Sequence record: PQ287644.1
Length of the DNA stretch: 64,000 nucleotides
Strand: one strand, 5' to 3'
Position numbers and translations under genes: made by a program. Of the stretch, positions 47,176 to 58,217 are shown in pieces (the stretch's first letter is position 1; the number at the start of each line of letters is the position of its first letter). A model generated the notes under the pieces. That model did no database searches. It had not been told where the DNA came from and saw only the letters and a list, made by a program, of their open reading frames with translations.

Positions 47176-48228
47176 TTACTGAATAAGTTCTTTTGTAAAC
47201 GTGTGTTTCTTGTGAGTAGGTCTCTTACCCTTTATGCATTTCAACACATTAGGGTAAATAAACCCAGCCTCCCTTAATTCTAACCACCCCCTGTACTCCG
47301 TAACTACTCCGGTTTCAATATGCTTAGCAAAGTAAACCCATTTCTGTCTTGCTTCGCAAGGTCTGTCTTTCTGACTCCACTCGTAGTCCTGTATAACCTT
47401 TACAAGCGCGGCGGAAGGGTTACGGTTGAACTTCTCAACACTCTCTTTAGGGATCTCCCTCCAGGTACACCCCCGGTACGTTTTAGTCTTACCTATTCTT
47501 ACGCTATGCAGGGCTTTGTGATCAATACCCAACTCTTCGCATTCCCGTTGACCTACCACCACGAACTCAGTCCCGTTAAACTCAGGTATATCCACCACCG
47601 TAGCCACCATTGGGCGAACAGTCCGATGATCCATACCTGTGAGATTAACGATCAATCCATTTTCCCTGGCGTGTTTCATATTCTCAGCAGAGGAGGCCCA
47701 TTCCAGGTTCTCGAAATCGTTATCGTCCTTAATGGCATTCTTGTGGTTAACCTCTAGTTCCCCAAGGGGATAGTTAAGCAAGTGCTGAGGAAGCGGGTTG
47801 AACCGGTAACACACAAGACGATGAGCCGACATCGGATAACCATCGACTACCAACGTCTTGTACCCTCTTTGAGCAACATATCCACTGAGTGGTCGATAAG
47901 TCCTCAAGTCAAAGAAACGACCTTTGTTACTTACCATCAAGTAATCAAAGTCTCGGTATTCCTTCTTACTGGTACCCGCCTTGGTGTAAGGGAAATACTT
48001 CGCCTTCAACCACACCTCAAAGTCTGGGTCTTCCTTGAGTTTCTTCTTCAGGGCTTTGTTAACGACAGACGCAATGGTCTGGTCGTCCGCAATCCCTATC
48101 AGCTTTACAGCCAACCTGGGCAAAAGGTCCTTCAGGGTATTGAACTCCTTGAAGAATCGAGGGATGTTAACCTTCAACGCCTCAGTATAGTCCAGTTTGC
48201 CATCAACTCTCTTTGCAGGTATTCTCAT
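47176..48228 (-). CDS. Free-standing HNH homing endonuclease
   Basis: AHRLVCYRF...EVNHKNAIKDDNDFENLEWASSAENMKHA; C-terminal NUMOD-like repeats; no intron core in flanks. Confidence 0.9.
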   Translation of the reverse strand: MRIPAKRVDGKLDYTEALKVNIPRFFKEFNTLKDLLPRLAVKLIGIADDQTIASVVNKALKKKLKEDPDFEVWLKAKYFPYTKAGTSKKEYRDFDYLMVSNKGRFFDLRTYRPLSGYVAQRGYKTLVVDGYPMSAHRLVCYRFNPLPQHLLNYPLGELEVNHKNAIKDDNDFENLEWASSAENMKHARENGLIVNLTGMDHRTVRPMVATVVDIPEFNGTEFVVVGQRECEELGIDHKALHSVRIGKTKTYRGCTWREIPKESVEKFNRNPSAALVKVIQDYEWSQKDRPCEARQKWVYFAKHIETGVVTEYRGWLELREAGFIYPNVLKCIKGKRPTHKKHTFTKELIQ

Positions 48229-48236
48229 GAAGAAAT

Positions 48237-48264
48237 CTCCTATTTATTTACCATATAATAGGAG
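48237..48264 (-). promoter_or_regulatory. RBS-sequestering hairpin with TATG late-promoter motif in loop
   Basis: Minus strand CTCCTATT-atATGgtaaata-AATAGGAG, 8 nt before the ATG. Confidence 0.65.
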
Positions 48265-48295
48265 GGGGCGTGAAACCCCCGAGTTTACTGGCTTT

Positions 48296-50487
48296 CTATC
48301 TTGCAAGAGGGCGTGAAAGGATCCTGGCGAGATCTGCCGCTATCGAGTCATTTATCTTAGCCGCGATGTTGTCAGAACGAATACTGGTCTTAATATCCGT
48401 GACCACACCCGTCAGTTGACGGTTCAAACGCGACCACCGCAGAATGGTATCCAGGTAGTCCATCCCTGTGATACGACTGGCAAAGTTGTTGAACGCACTG
48501 TCATCCGACAGAATACGACTGACCACCGCATTCGGATTAGTAAGATCCAGGATACTAATGGACCGATCAATGGGAAGGGTGACCAGGGGTTCCAGATCGG
48601 TAATCTGTAAACTGGCCGTCATATTCAACGGTTTACGATCACGAGTCCACCCCGCATCTCCTTCCCCCAGGGTCAGATCCAATTGAGTCACCAGACCGGT
48701 ACGGATGATTCCACGAGACTTACAGAAAGCTTTCACGTAGAAGGGGAGGTATGGGTTCCACCGCCTGAGGTATTACCGGCCACTAAGGGCAGTAGGAGGG
48801 AAATCAATACCCAGATCTTAACAATCTGCTCATACGGGTGTGCGTAGTTACACACTGACTTAATGGTGTAGGTCTCCGTATGGAGATTGCAGGTGGATTC
48901 AGTCCAGTGGTCAGGGATCTTGACGTAACTGTTATTGGCAACAGCCAGGGGGATATTTCCAATAACAGACCCTGAAAGGGCTCCCATAGCCGCGTCTTTA
49001 ACAATGTTAATCAGTCCATCGACAATGGCTAAGCCAGTTTGACCTTTAGCCACATCGAAGGTGAAGTCATTGGTAGTGCGAACAATGGAATTGAACTTCT
49101 CCGCCATAGGCGATTGCCCAGTGCTATTAGAGAAGGAATCCCGAGTAGCTCCCCCGTTCCCCTCTACGCGGAAGGTGATCCCATCCATACCGCCAGATAC
49201 AGCGGTTTTAACGAGGTCGTAAATATCTCCCATCCAGGTACGATCGTTAGGGTTGTCTTCGTAGTAGAACTGATCCCCATTGTTAATAGAGGGATTAGCG
49301 GTTACTGAGGGGGTAGCGGGAGAGGGGCGTTGAGGGCGTTCGTTGGGGTTTACAGGAGGAGCTGAAGTACCATAAGACCCACCCGTTCCCATAGGCTGCA
49401 TGGTGGAGGTGGGTTGTCCGTCAGGTCCGGTTGGAGGTTGTTCCAGTTCAAGGTTGGCAATTCCATATTGCTTATTACGTGCAGGGTCGATGTCTTGATA
49501 AGCGCCTCGGTTGAGGTAGGCACTGTCTTCTTCAACGTAGTTGGGTTCGTTATCACCCCGGTATTTACCGACTGTGCTCATTTCCTTTTCAATATACTCT
49601 TGAGAAGGTCTGCCAGCGGTTACTGAACGATCGAAGGTGACTTCTTGAAGGATTTGTTTGGCTCGTTCCAATTTCTGTTGGGGGGAGTTAATTGAAACGT
49701 CGTTGTCCATAGAGGCCAGACGCTCCAACATTACCCGGTGTTTACGCACCCCTTTATTGACCAACCGCATGAGGTCAATAGTCCCATCCTGGTTGATAGT
49801 ATCCGGGAAGAGGGTAGACAAACTGGAAACGACTTTACTGTTGTCGTAATCGGGTTTAAGACCGTACAGGGGATCGGTCTGTTGCTGGTTCATCTTAGGT
49901 AGGATGGGATCGATGTACCCCAGTTTCACCATGAAGTCATTCAGTACACCGGTAGCCACCATGGTGTACGCCCCAACCGCAGGCTTAACAGTCCAGAACT
50001 GATGCTTGGGGGAATCTGCTAAGAATGCCAGGAATTGGGTGCTGATACTCAACAGCTGCATAGGCCAAAAGGCAATAGAACCGATGGCTTGTCCCATGTA
50101 GAACGACAGACTGGGCGCCCGCCCTTTGTTCGCAATGATAGCCGCTGCGGGAGAGAACATGTTTGTAATGAATGACAACAGACCAGCGAACTGAGCCACG
50201 CCTGGGGTAATGGTTAAGAGGGTGGCGTTGTTGTCGTAGATCTCTTTATACATGGAGCCGAATCCCCCTTCTGGGGTGACCATTAACCGTCCGTAACGAG
50301 GATCGGTCGCAGGGCTCCATTGAGGCACAGGGTTCACAAAGCGGTTATCCCCTGTTGCACTACTGAAAACGTTGAAATATTTGTCCCAATCGAGGATGTC
50401 TAATACTTCACTCGGTGGGATACCGCGGGTTAACAGACGGAACGATTTCGTGATAATGTCCCGGTCGCGTGTCGTCACCTGAGCCAT
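48296..50487 (-). CDS. Tail/baseplate protein (phiKZ gp182-like position), split by apparent 1-nt deletion at 48743-48746
   Basis: Adding one C on the minus strand gives ...GGTHTSPFYVKAFCKSRG..., one 730-aa ORF; follows the giant tail protein. Confidence 0.7.
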
Positions 50488-50521
50488 CGTGAATAAATTC
50501 CTAAGGTTAACTAAAAGAGGC

Positions 50522-50543
50522 GGGGAGTACATCAGTACTCCCC
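50522..50543 (-). terminator. Terminator hairpin after giant tail gene
   Basis: ggggagtac-atca-gtactcccc; minus-strand tail gcctctttt. Confidence 0.55.
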
Positions 50544-50555
50544 TATTAAGATGGA

Positions 50556-53500
50556 TCAATTCAAACGGACGGTTTTATCGGTTCCCTGATTCACCTGTTT
50601 GTCTTGCATCTCCGCCATCCGACCCAGTACCTTGTAGATCTCAGCCAGAATACTGTTCGTATCCGAACTGTTATCACCCAGTTTACCCAACGAGGCCTTA
50701 AGCTCAGCCACCAACGCAGAGTCATCGCTACGTGCGGTCGTGAGCGCCTCGGTACCCCGAGGGGACTGAGGAACAGGTTCAAATGGTGCAGACGGAACCG
50801 GTTGAGGTGCAGAGGGCGGTGGAGAACCCTCATTAGACCTCGGGGTCGAGATCGGGACATCCGTAGCCGGGTTACCAAAGGTGGGAGTAGGTGTAGGTGG
50901 AACGTTCCGTTGCATCGGTCCTACCACACCACCGCCCAGTCCGGTGGTATCCTGCCCGTTCGCGGACTGTCCGCCTCGTACAGCGTTAAGGAACTTGTTC
51001 GCTGCTTCAGGGGACTTAAAGGCCGCGTGGATATGCCCGCCCGTACCGAGTGCCGTTCGACTGCGGTATTCATTGATGACTTGGAATTCCTGAGGGCTTA
51101 ATCCTGCCCGACGAAGAATATCCGTTACAATGGCAACCGCTTGGTCACTTCCTTGTGCGCCATTCACCAGGGTGAAGTCTAAGGCCAGGCCTTTAGGATG
51201 AGCGCCTTTAGACCCCTTATTGACGTGGTAGGCGTCATTCAGTGCAGAGAAGTACCGGAAACCCGGAACTGTCTGTTGAATGATTTTACCCAGTTCTTCC
51301 ACAGCAGGGTGGTGTTCACCCCCCGCAATGGCTTCAGGGGATTTCAGGCGCAATCCACTGCTACCCGGTGTATTGGTGTTAACGATCATCCCACCGTTAT
51401 CACCTGACCCGTATTGTCCCCCTCCGCCTCCCATGGTTCCATTCAGGGACGGCAGACTACCACCCACAACGCCCGGAGCCGGTCTACTGACTTGAGGACG
51501 CTGGGGTTCGCTGGGGGCTTCTTGACCGTACAGGTCGGACCCGGTTTGGCTCCCTAACCCACTCCCAGCCGTTTTATCAGCTGTGGTCAGTTCACCACTT
51601 TGTAGTTTCTTCAGGTAATTCAGATAGAGTGCATACCGCTGGGGCATTTCAGGTAACGGATTACCTCCATTCAATCCTGTTGCCGCTCTACCGAAGTCAC
51701 CGGTTTGGCTAATACTCCTCAAGAGCTTAGAGTTCCTGAAGAAGTTCACCGCAATGGCTGCCATGACATTCGGATCGTTACTGGCCAGCTCTGGTCTGTT
51801 CTCCAGATCAATACCCAGCTCTTGCCCAACCCTCCGGTAATTAGCCCGACCCGTCAGCTGAATAAACCCACGTCCTCGGTAACGGTACCCATCACCGGCT
51901 TCCCTGTTCCCTAAGGAGGCGCCTTTACCCCCACCGTACACGGTATTGGCGATGGCCACTTCGCCGGCTTGTACGAGGGCTCTCGCCTGTTCCATGCTCT
52001 TCACTTCCCTGAAGAGTTGAACCAAGCGTTCCGGACTGCTGTACTTCATGTTCTCAGTGGTCCGGGAATAGCCTGAAGACTCGTAGTTGGTAAGGGCGAG
52101 CATTTCAGCGATTTCGCGAGGGTCCGTAAAGCCTTGTTTCAGCATCTCACGGATGATCAACTGCTCCGCCAACGGCTTAGGAACACTCACCCCTCGATCC
52201 GTTCCTTGGTTCGTACGCACACCGGTCATATCCAGATGACTGGTGTCCGAATCACCCGTAATAGGCGTGAAGCCAAAGGCATTCTCAGGGGTTCTGAACC
52301 GACCGTCGCTGCTGTACGTATTCCCAGCGTCTCCGCCAAAGGTACCGTACATCCCTCCTAGAGCAGAATCTCTCCGAGACCGGAACTGTTCCGGGGTAGA
52401 AACATTCGCCTGTTGGTCGGTGAACCCACCCCCTACCCGGTGAGGACTGATCTTCTCAGCCCAGGTTTGGGCGTTGGTCTTACCCGCTTCCAATTCAGGG
52501 TCTTTGAGTTTAGCCTCTACTGACGCTTCCCCCAAGAGGTTCAACATCCTGTCAACTTTATCCGACCGTCCGGGAGAGGTTTCCCAGGCGAAGGGTGCTG
52601 CTCGCACATTCCACACCGAGATGGTAAAGCCAAAGACGCCATTGACTTGGGTTTGAGTCAGTTCCTTGGCGATCTCATACCGTGCGGTGGCGGAAAGGGT
52701 TCTCCAAACCACACCCGGTAGCCCCCGACGGTATTTCTTCATCAGGGTCATGTAGTTGGTCAGTACCGGCAGGAACCGATCCCTGAACCACTTACACCAG
52801 GCATCCACGTACCGATCATCCACCCGGAAGGCGTCCTTGAACCGACCGAAGAGTTCACCTATGTTGCCTTTGAACACCATGTCATCCCCTTTCGCCATAA
52901 ACAGGGATTCACAATGACGTTCCAACTTGAGGACAGCTTCGACCCGCCAGGGGACATCCTTATCATTCCCGTAGGTAGCCACCCGGATAGCAGTAAGCAT
53001 ATCCAGAGCTTTACCATCTGGCATCAGGTCTTGGATATAGATCTGACCGACAACCGCATTGGCGGTATACGCTTTCCCTAACCGATCGATTTCACCTTTA
53101 ACCTCCTTCAGGCGATCGGTGGCCTCCATCTTCTCCCCGAAGTCTTTCCACTGGGTACTCCGGTCTTCCAGCTTCCGTTCCAGTTGAACCCGTTCCTTCT
53201 GAAGGGACTCCAGACTTTGGCCTTTAACCGTAGAAACAGCAAAGGGATCAATGCTGGGATCTTTAGCCCCGACATACTTCTTAAGGGCATCCAAGAGGTT
53301 ACCCACCCGGATGATCGTCATTTGTTGATCAAGGAGAGGAGTCTCTTTGTCAATCTTAGCTACGATCTGGTACGGGGAAGGCACCAACCCACTGAGGGCA
53401 CTGTGGGCTTGTTTGGCCACTTTGTACACGATTAAGTCAGACGAATCGTCATAGTCCTTCAACGATCGCAGTTTAACCGCATCCAAACAGGCCAAGTAGG

Positions 53501-56500
53501 TCAAGTAAACGGGTTTGAACCGTCCATTGAACCAGGTAAAGACTTCACCAATTTGATTACGGTCTTGAGGATCACCCACGAAGAGACGAAGGACTTCCTC
53601 AATAGGCGCTTGCTTAGACAGCGACGCACGCCCATTTCCAATCACCACATGGTCTTTTAGCAGGTTCTCAACGTTGAGGATTTTAGCCGCCAGAGGACCT
53701 TGAGGATCTGAGAGACCGTACTGAACCATCCGTAGTTCGGTTTGTTTCCCTTTACCTGAACCAAACAGGGAATCCCATCCCCATTTAGAAGTCCCCAACA
53801 TCACCCCAAAGGGACTGTACATCGAAGACCCCAGGGCATCCGTAGTAGGACTCTTTCCTTTGACCTTCTCCAGAATCCATTTCGCAATGGTCTGTCCACC
53901 CAGTAAGCCCGCAGTGGCACCCACTTGTTGGTAAAGACTATTACCGGCTTTACCCACTTTAAGGATTTGGTCGGCGGTACCGAGTTTCTTCGTTTCTTCG
54001 TCAGTAGCGACCTGGTACATTTCGTACGCAGACAATGCACCTGCGCCAATCAAACCAGCGCGTCCTGCACCCAGTTTACCCAAGTGTCCGAGTCCACCCA
54101 GACCATTCAATAACCCACCGAGTCCACCAGCGACGCCCTTAGCGATAATCGTCAACAGTTTAAGTCCCATACGACCGAACTTAAACAATGCACTGAACCC
54201 GCTCCAGAGGACCTCAGAACCCAGGAAGCTGGTCAGCCACTCGAAGCCTTTCTTAACACCCCCTACCAAACTGCTCAGGAGACCGAAGATACCGAACTTC
54301 TTCTTCTTACCGAGTTCTTTCTCATCCTTCATACCGAAACCGAAGTTTTCAGCAATCGAGATGATGGCGTTCTTAACGGTGTTGTCTTTCTCTTCCTGGA
54401 GTTTTTGCGCACGGTCGGCCAGGGAGTTAGCTCGGGTGGCATCATTGGACGACGCTGACCGACGGAACCGATCGGTGTTGTCCCCTTCCCCCGCTTTTCC
54501 TTTAGCGGCTCTAAAGCGCTCCAGGGCGTCTTTAAGCGCTGGATTCTTTTCCATAAGGGCTTCGGTAAGGGTAAGATCGTTTCGATCTCCTAGGGACCCT
54601 GGAGGGCCCTCTGGGGCATCTTGAGAACCAGGAGCTGGAGGAGTAAAGGGATTAGGGCTTCCATCCGGGGATTCATACCCCCAATGTTTCAAGAGGAGGT
54701 AATAGATCCGATCCACGGAATTGACCACCGGAGAGTGATCCATACTGAACGGATTCTTAACCCTATCCCCCATGCCTTTCGCATACCCGCCCGCACGGTC
54801 TTTCAGTTTACCGAAGAGATCCAACCCGAACTGTCCGGCTTGTTTAAGCCCTGCACCCAGCTTGTTGATACTGGTCCCCATGGAGGTTTTAAGTCCACGG
54901 TCGTATTCTTCAGCCGTGATCAGGGTATTCCCTTCCTTGTCATACACAGGTCCATCGATCTCATCCCATCCCTGGAGTTCAACGAACCCGTCTCCACTCC
55001 GTTTGAAGTATTGACCTTTACCAAACCGACTCCCCAGCAAAACCGGTTCGTCTTCGCCTTCAATGTAAATATCCATCCGGTACAGACGTGTACGAGCTTT
55101 ATCCCAAAGCCCTTTCACTCGGTTAACAGGATCCAGCCAGTTAAAGGCTTTCATAAAGAGATCCCGCACCTTATTCAGGCCTTTAAGGAATACTTCCTTG
55201 TTGTCTTCGGTAAAGAGTTTACCCGCTAAGCGGCTAGCGCCAATAACGGCTCCGTTGGCCAGGTCTTTAATACTCCCGGTAATCTGATCCCACCCCTGAA
55301 TGATCTTCCCGGTGAGCATATCCAGATACTCACCCTTAAAGAGTTTAAAGGATTCAAGGATCGGGGTATCAGACCCTTCTTCGTACAGGTCTTCCGTGTC
55401 CTCGGCTCGACGAGCAGCCGCTCTGGCACGCAACTTGTTATACGCCATCCCTAGCCCCAAGCCACCCCCCACCAGCGCAGCACCTTTCGGGTTGTAGATC
55501 GCCATACCCGCCAATCCACCCAGTAGCCCACCCAATACCAACGGTTGGTTATCCAGGAGTTTGTCTATTCCCTTATTAAACAGATCCCCAAACGACGTAC
55601 TCTTAATCCGTTCCAGAATACTCCGTTTCTGTTGTTGAATGACCTCTTCAGCTTCAGGGGTGGTTTTCTCGTAGGGTTGACGTTCCAAGATCTTGGTGAG
55701 GATATCGTTCCGATTCCCCCCCAGTTCTACCAGTTTACCCAGCAGGCTGTTCCCTTGAGTCACCTGGTCATTCAGAGTGGTGAACAGAGAAGACGGATCC
55801 GTAAGACCCGAACGACTTATACCCCCCTGCTCAATATGACCCCCGAGTTTATCCAAAGTTTCCCGTACACCCTGAAGGGTTTCATTCAACTGAGCGTTCT
55901 CAGCCGCAATCACACCTCCGGAGTCTCGACGCCCTCTTCCCCGTCTGCCAAAGGAACGGGTCTTACGCACCGCTTCTTCCAGAGGGTTGTCATACGTCAT
56001 GGCACGGTCAGGGTTATCAATGAAGGACTGGAGAACGTTCCGGAAGGTGTCCATATTGACTTCATCATGGCCATTTTCAGACTTGATGATGCCGGCTTCT
56101 TTCATGACGTTGTAATACCCAGACGAACGCAACATATCGACGCGTTCAGCAATGTCCGGCATAAACCGACCGAGGAGGTTGGATTGTTCCGTTAGCTTAG
56201 CGGCTCGTTCTCGGGCTTGTTCTGTAGGAAGACGAGCAATAGCACTCGCCCTGTCCAGGGTGCTGCCTTCCTTAAAGGCCGTAAAGGCTTCCGGGGTAAT
56301 ATCAAAATTCCGTTGGAACAATTCCCGGATTTCATCTGCTACCTGACGGTTTACCCCTTTGGTCTCCAAGTTCATGTACAGGTACGGACTGAACCCTTTC
56401 CGTTTATCCGCATTCTGAACCAGTTGCATCGCCAATACACGGCGGGCTTCGTTGGACAATTCCTTATTGGGGTCAATGGAATCCACCAATCGAAGGGACG

Positions 56501-58187
56501 TATCCGCTTGGGACTTGAATTGGTCTTTATCCATCACCCGGTTAAAGGTATCTGCTACCTTTTGGTTATGGCTGACCAACTTACCCCGCACGTAGTCATA
56601 ACTCGATGCTTTAAGGGTATCATCCCCTGTACGGATCTTCTCAATCGACAAGTGAATGTGACTGAGCAGTTCGGGAATCACTTCATTCAGGGTACGGGAA
56701 GACTGTTTGTTCCAGATCTCCGGTTCGTGGGCATCCATTAACCCGCGACGTTTCAGGCTGTAACGACTCCCGGTGGGTTGGTACATCTCATCCAACAACC
56801 CCCCCATGCCTTTATTCGCCCCTTTCTTCAGGGTGTTAATAACCGTCCATTCCACTTTACCCAAGGGTTTTTGACCTGAACGGAGCGTACTGAGGTATTG
56901 TTCGTAGTCCCCGTCCTCGTCAAACGAGGATCCCCAGTTGTGGTATTCCGAAAGGGTATTGACCATCCCTTCCGCATTACTGAGGTTATACGACGCTATG
57001 TTACCCAAGTCCGTGAGTTGTGCGTATGCGTTATCCGCCCATTTCCCCAGTTCCGGGAATTGTTTCTTGAACTTAGCAACGTATTCCTTACCTTTCCGGG
57101 AATTGATCATCCGGGGGAGGTTGCTAATGAACATTTGGGCTGCAACGTTACCCACCATGGTCCCTACATTGAGCGGCATGCCTTCCGACATCTCCGCTGC
57201 CATGCGCATAGCACCAATCAGGTCACCTGCACCTCGGATTCCGTCCCCTCGCGCATCCTTACCGAACCGCTCGTTAATAAACTCACGTATTCCTCCAAAG
57301 GAGCCTTTAACCGTATTGAAGACCGATTCCCGAATGCTCTTACGCATCGCTTGACTGTGGGTGGTCTTTTCGTAATCACTCTTAGCGGAGTTCAGAGCGA
57401 TGGTCTTCAGTTCAGCAATCATCCGGTGATTACTGGCTTCCATGAACTTGTAGAACTTCGCGCTGGTCAAATAGGAACGAGCCAACAGGTTCACCTTGAG
57501 GGTATCGTTCCTCAATTGAACTTTACGTTGGTAATTCACCATTTGTTCCAGCAGTTGGTTACTCCGCCCAATACTCAGGTTCAGGGTATTCAACCCCCCA
57601 ATGGTGCGGCCGCCTACCTCGGTCATCATGGTGGTAATGCTTTCACCCACCCCAATGACCGTTTCCCGCTCTAACAGGGAGTTGGCGTCTTCACTCCCCA
57701 GCAGGTCTTTCACATCATTTTCGTCCACATTTTCCATGGACGGGGTGTCACTCGCCGACGACGTATATGGCTTCCAACTGCTGAAGTCATTCTGACTGAA
57801 CCGAGTCAGCCCACTGGCTACACCCCCGGTGATCTTATTAGGAGCTATTTTACCTAACTTATCACCACCCCGTTTAGCCAAGTATTGGAGGTCCACGACT
57901 GCATCGTAGCTTTCACGTTTAAGTTCGTCTACGATCTCTCTCCGACGACGGTTAATATCCGACGCCGTCGTAAAGGCAGTCCCCCAGGTCTTAGGGAGGA
58001 CCATCTTCAGGGTGTTCAACCGAGCATCGGTGTCCCCTACTGTCTGATTCACTACACCTGACAAAAACCCGGTTGCTACCGAACGAATGAACCCCGGTTT
58101 CTTCCCATCGAAATCGGTATCGAAATCAATATCCCCGGTAAAGGGATCCTCTCCCCAATCGAAATCATCGAATGTGTTATCCGCCAT
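50556..58187 (-). CDS. Giant tail (tape-measure-like) protein with GH19 lysozyme-like and M15-like peptidase domains (phiKZ gp181-like position)
   Basis: 2543 aa; YESSG..EN, YRYRGRGFIQLTGRANY; AHPKGLALDF...GHIH. Confidence 0.85.
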   Translation of the reverse strand: MADNTFDDFDWGEDPFTGDIDFDTDFDGKKPGFIRSVATGFLSGVVNQTVGDTDARLNTLKMVLPKTWGTAFTTASDINRRRREIVDELKRESYDAVVDLQYLAKRGGDKLGKIAPNKITGGVASGLTRFSQNDFSSWKPYTSSASDTPSMENVDENDVKDLLGSEDANSLLERETVIGVGESITTMMTEVGGRTIGGLNTLNLSIGRSNQLLEQMVNYQRKVQLRNDTLKVNLLARSYLTSAKFYKFMEASNHRMIAELKTIALNSAKSDYEKTTHSQAMRKSIRESVFNTVKGSFGGIREFINERFGKDARGDGIRGAGDLIGAMRMAAEMSEGMPLNVGTMVGNVAAQMFISNLPRMINSRKGKEYVAKFKKQFPELGKWADNAYAQLTDLGNIASYNLSNAEGMVNTLSEYHNWGSSFDEDGDYEQYLSTLRSGQKPLGKVEWTVINTLKKGANKGMGGLLDEMYQPTGSRYSLKRRGLMDAHEPEIWNKQSSRTLNEVIPELLSHIHLSIEKIRTGDDTLKASSYDYVRGKLVSHNQKVADTFNRVMDKDQFKSQADTSLRLVDSIDPNKELSNEARRVLAMQLVQNADKRKGFSPYLYMNLETKGVNRQVADEIRELFQRNFDITPEAFTAFKEGSTLDRASAIARLPTEQARERAAKLTEQSNLLGRFMPDIAERVDMLRSSGYYNVMKEAGIIKSENGHDEVNMDTFRNVLQSFIDNPDRAMTYDNPLEEAVRKTRSFGRRGRGRRDSGGVIAAENAQLNETLQGVRETLDKLGGHIEQGGISRSGLTDPSSLFTTLNDQVTQGNSLLGKLVELGGNRNDILTKILERQPYEKTTPEAEEVIQQQKRSILERIKSTSFGDLFNKGIDKLLDNQPLVLGGLLGGLAGMAIYNPKGAALVGGGLGLGMAYNKLRARAAARRAEDTEDLYEEGSDTPILESFKLFKGEYLDMLTGKIIQGWDQITGSIKDLANGAVIGASRLAGKLFTEDNKEVFLKGLNKVRDLFMKAFNWLDPVNRVKGLWDKARTRLYRMDIYIEGEDEPVLLGSRFGKGQYFKRSGDGFVELQGWDEIDGPVYDKEGNTLITAEEYDRGLKTSMGTSINKLGAGLKQAGQFGLDLFGKLKDRAGGYAKGMGDRVKNPFSMDHSPVVNSVDRIYYLLLKHWGYESPDGSPNPFTPPAPGSQDAPEGPPGSLGDRNDLTLTEALMEKNPALKDALERFRAAKGKAGEGDNTDRFRRSASSNDATRANSLADRAQKLQEEKDNTVKNAIISIAENFGFGMKDEKELGKKKKFGIFGLLSSLVGGVKKGFEWLTSFLGSEVLWSGFSALFKFGRMGLKLLTIIAKGVAGGLGGLLNGLGGLGHLGKLGAGRAGLIGAGALSAYEMYQVATDEETKKLGTADQILKVGKAGNSLYQQVGATAGLLGGQTIAKWILEKVKGKSPTTDALGSSMYSPFGVMLGTSKWGWDSLFGSGKGKQTELRMVQYGLSDPQGPLAAKILNVENLLKDHVVIGNGRASLSKQAPIEEVLRLFVGDPQDRNQIGEVFTWFNGRFKPVYLTYLACLDAVKLRSLKDYDDSSDLIVYKVAKQAHSALSGLVPSPYQIVAKIDKETPLLDQQMTIIRVGNLLDALKKYVGAKDPSIDPFAVSTVKGQSLESLQKERVQLERKLEDRSTQWKDFGEKMEATDRLKEVKGEIDRLGKAYTANAVVGQIYIQDLMPDGKALDMLTAIRVATYGNDKDVPWRVEAVLKLERHCESLFMAKGDDMVFKGNIGELFGRFKDAFRVDDRYVDAWCKWFRDRFLPVLTNYMTLMKKYRRGLPGVVWRTLSATARYEIAKELTQTQVNGVFGFTISVWNVRAAPFAWETSPGRSDKVDRMLNLLGEASVEAKLKDPELEAGKTNAQTWAEKISPHRVGGGFTDQQANVSTPEQFRSRRDSALGGMYGTFGGDAGNTYSSDGRFRTPENAFGFTPITGDSDTSHLDMTGVRTNQGTDRGVSVPKPLAEQLIIREMLKQGFTDPREIAEMLALTNYESSGYSRTTENMKYSSPERLVQLFREVKSMEQARALVQAGEVAIANTVYGGGKGASLGNREAGDGYRYRGRGFIQLTGRANYRRVGQELGIDLENRPELASNDPNVMAAIAVNFFRNSKLLRSISQTGDFGRAATGLNGGNPLPEMPQRYALYLNYLKKLQSGELTTADKTAGSGLGSQTGSDLYGQEAPSEPQRPQVSRPAPGVVGGSLPSLNGTMGGGGGQYGSGDNGGMIVNTNTPGSSGLRLKSPEAIAGGEHHPAVEELGKIIQQTVPGFRYFSALNDAYHVNKGSKGAHPKGLALDFTLVNGAQGSDQAVAIVTDILRRAGLSPQEFQVINEYRSRTALGTGGHIHAAFKSPEAANKFLNAVRGGQSANGQDTTGLGGGVVGPMQRNVPPTPTPTFGNPATDVPISTPRSNEGSPPPSAPQPVPSAPFEPVPQSPRGTEALTTARSDDSALVAELKASLGKLGDNSSDTNSILAEIYKVLGRMAEMQDKQVNQGTDKTVRLN

Positions 58188-58217
58188 TGTTAATGCACTC
58201 CCGCATAAGGAAACCGT

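Noticed and set aside
47130-48295. Second group I intron around the 350-aa HNH gene
   Set aside because: Flanks are under 70 nt, contain no P/Q/R/S elements, and neighbouring genes end normally
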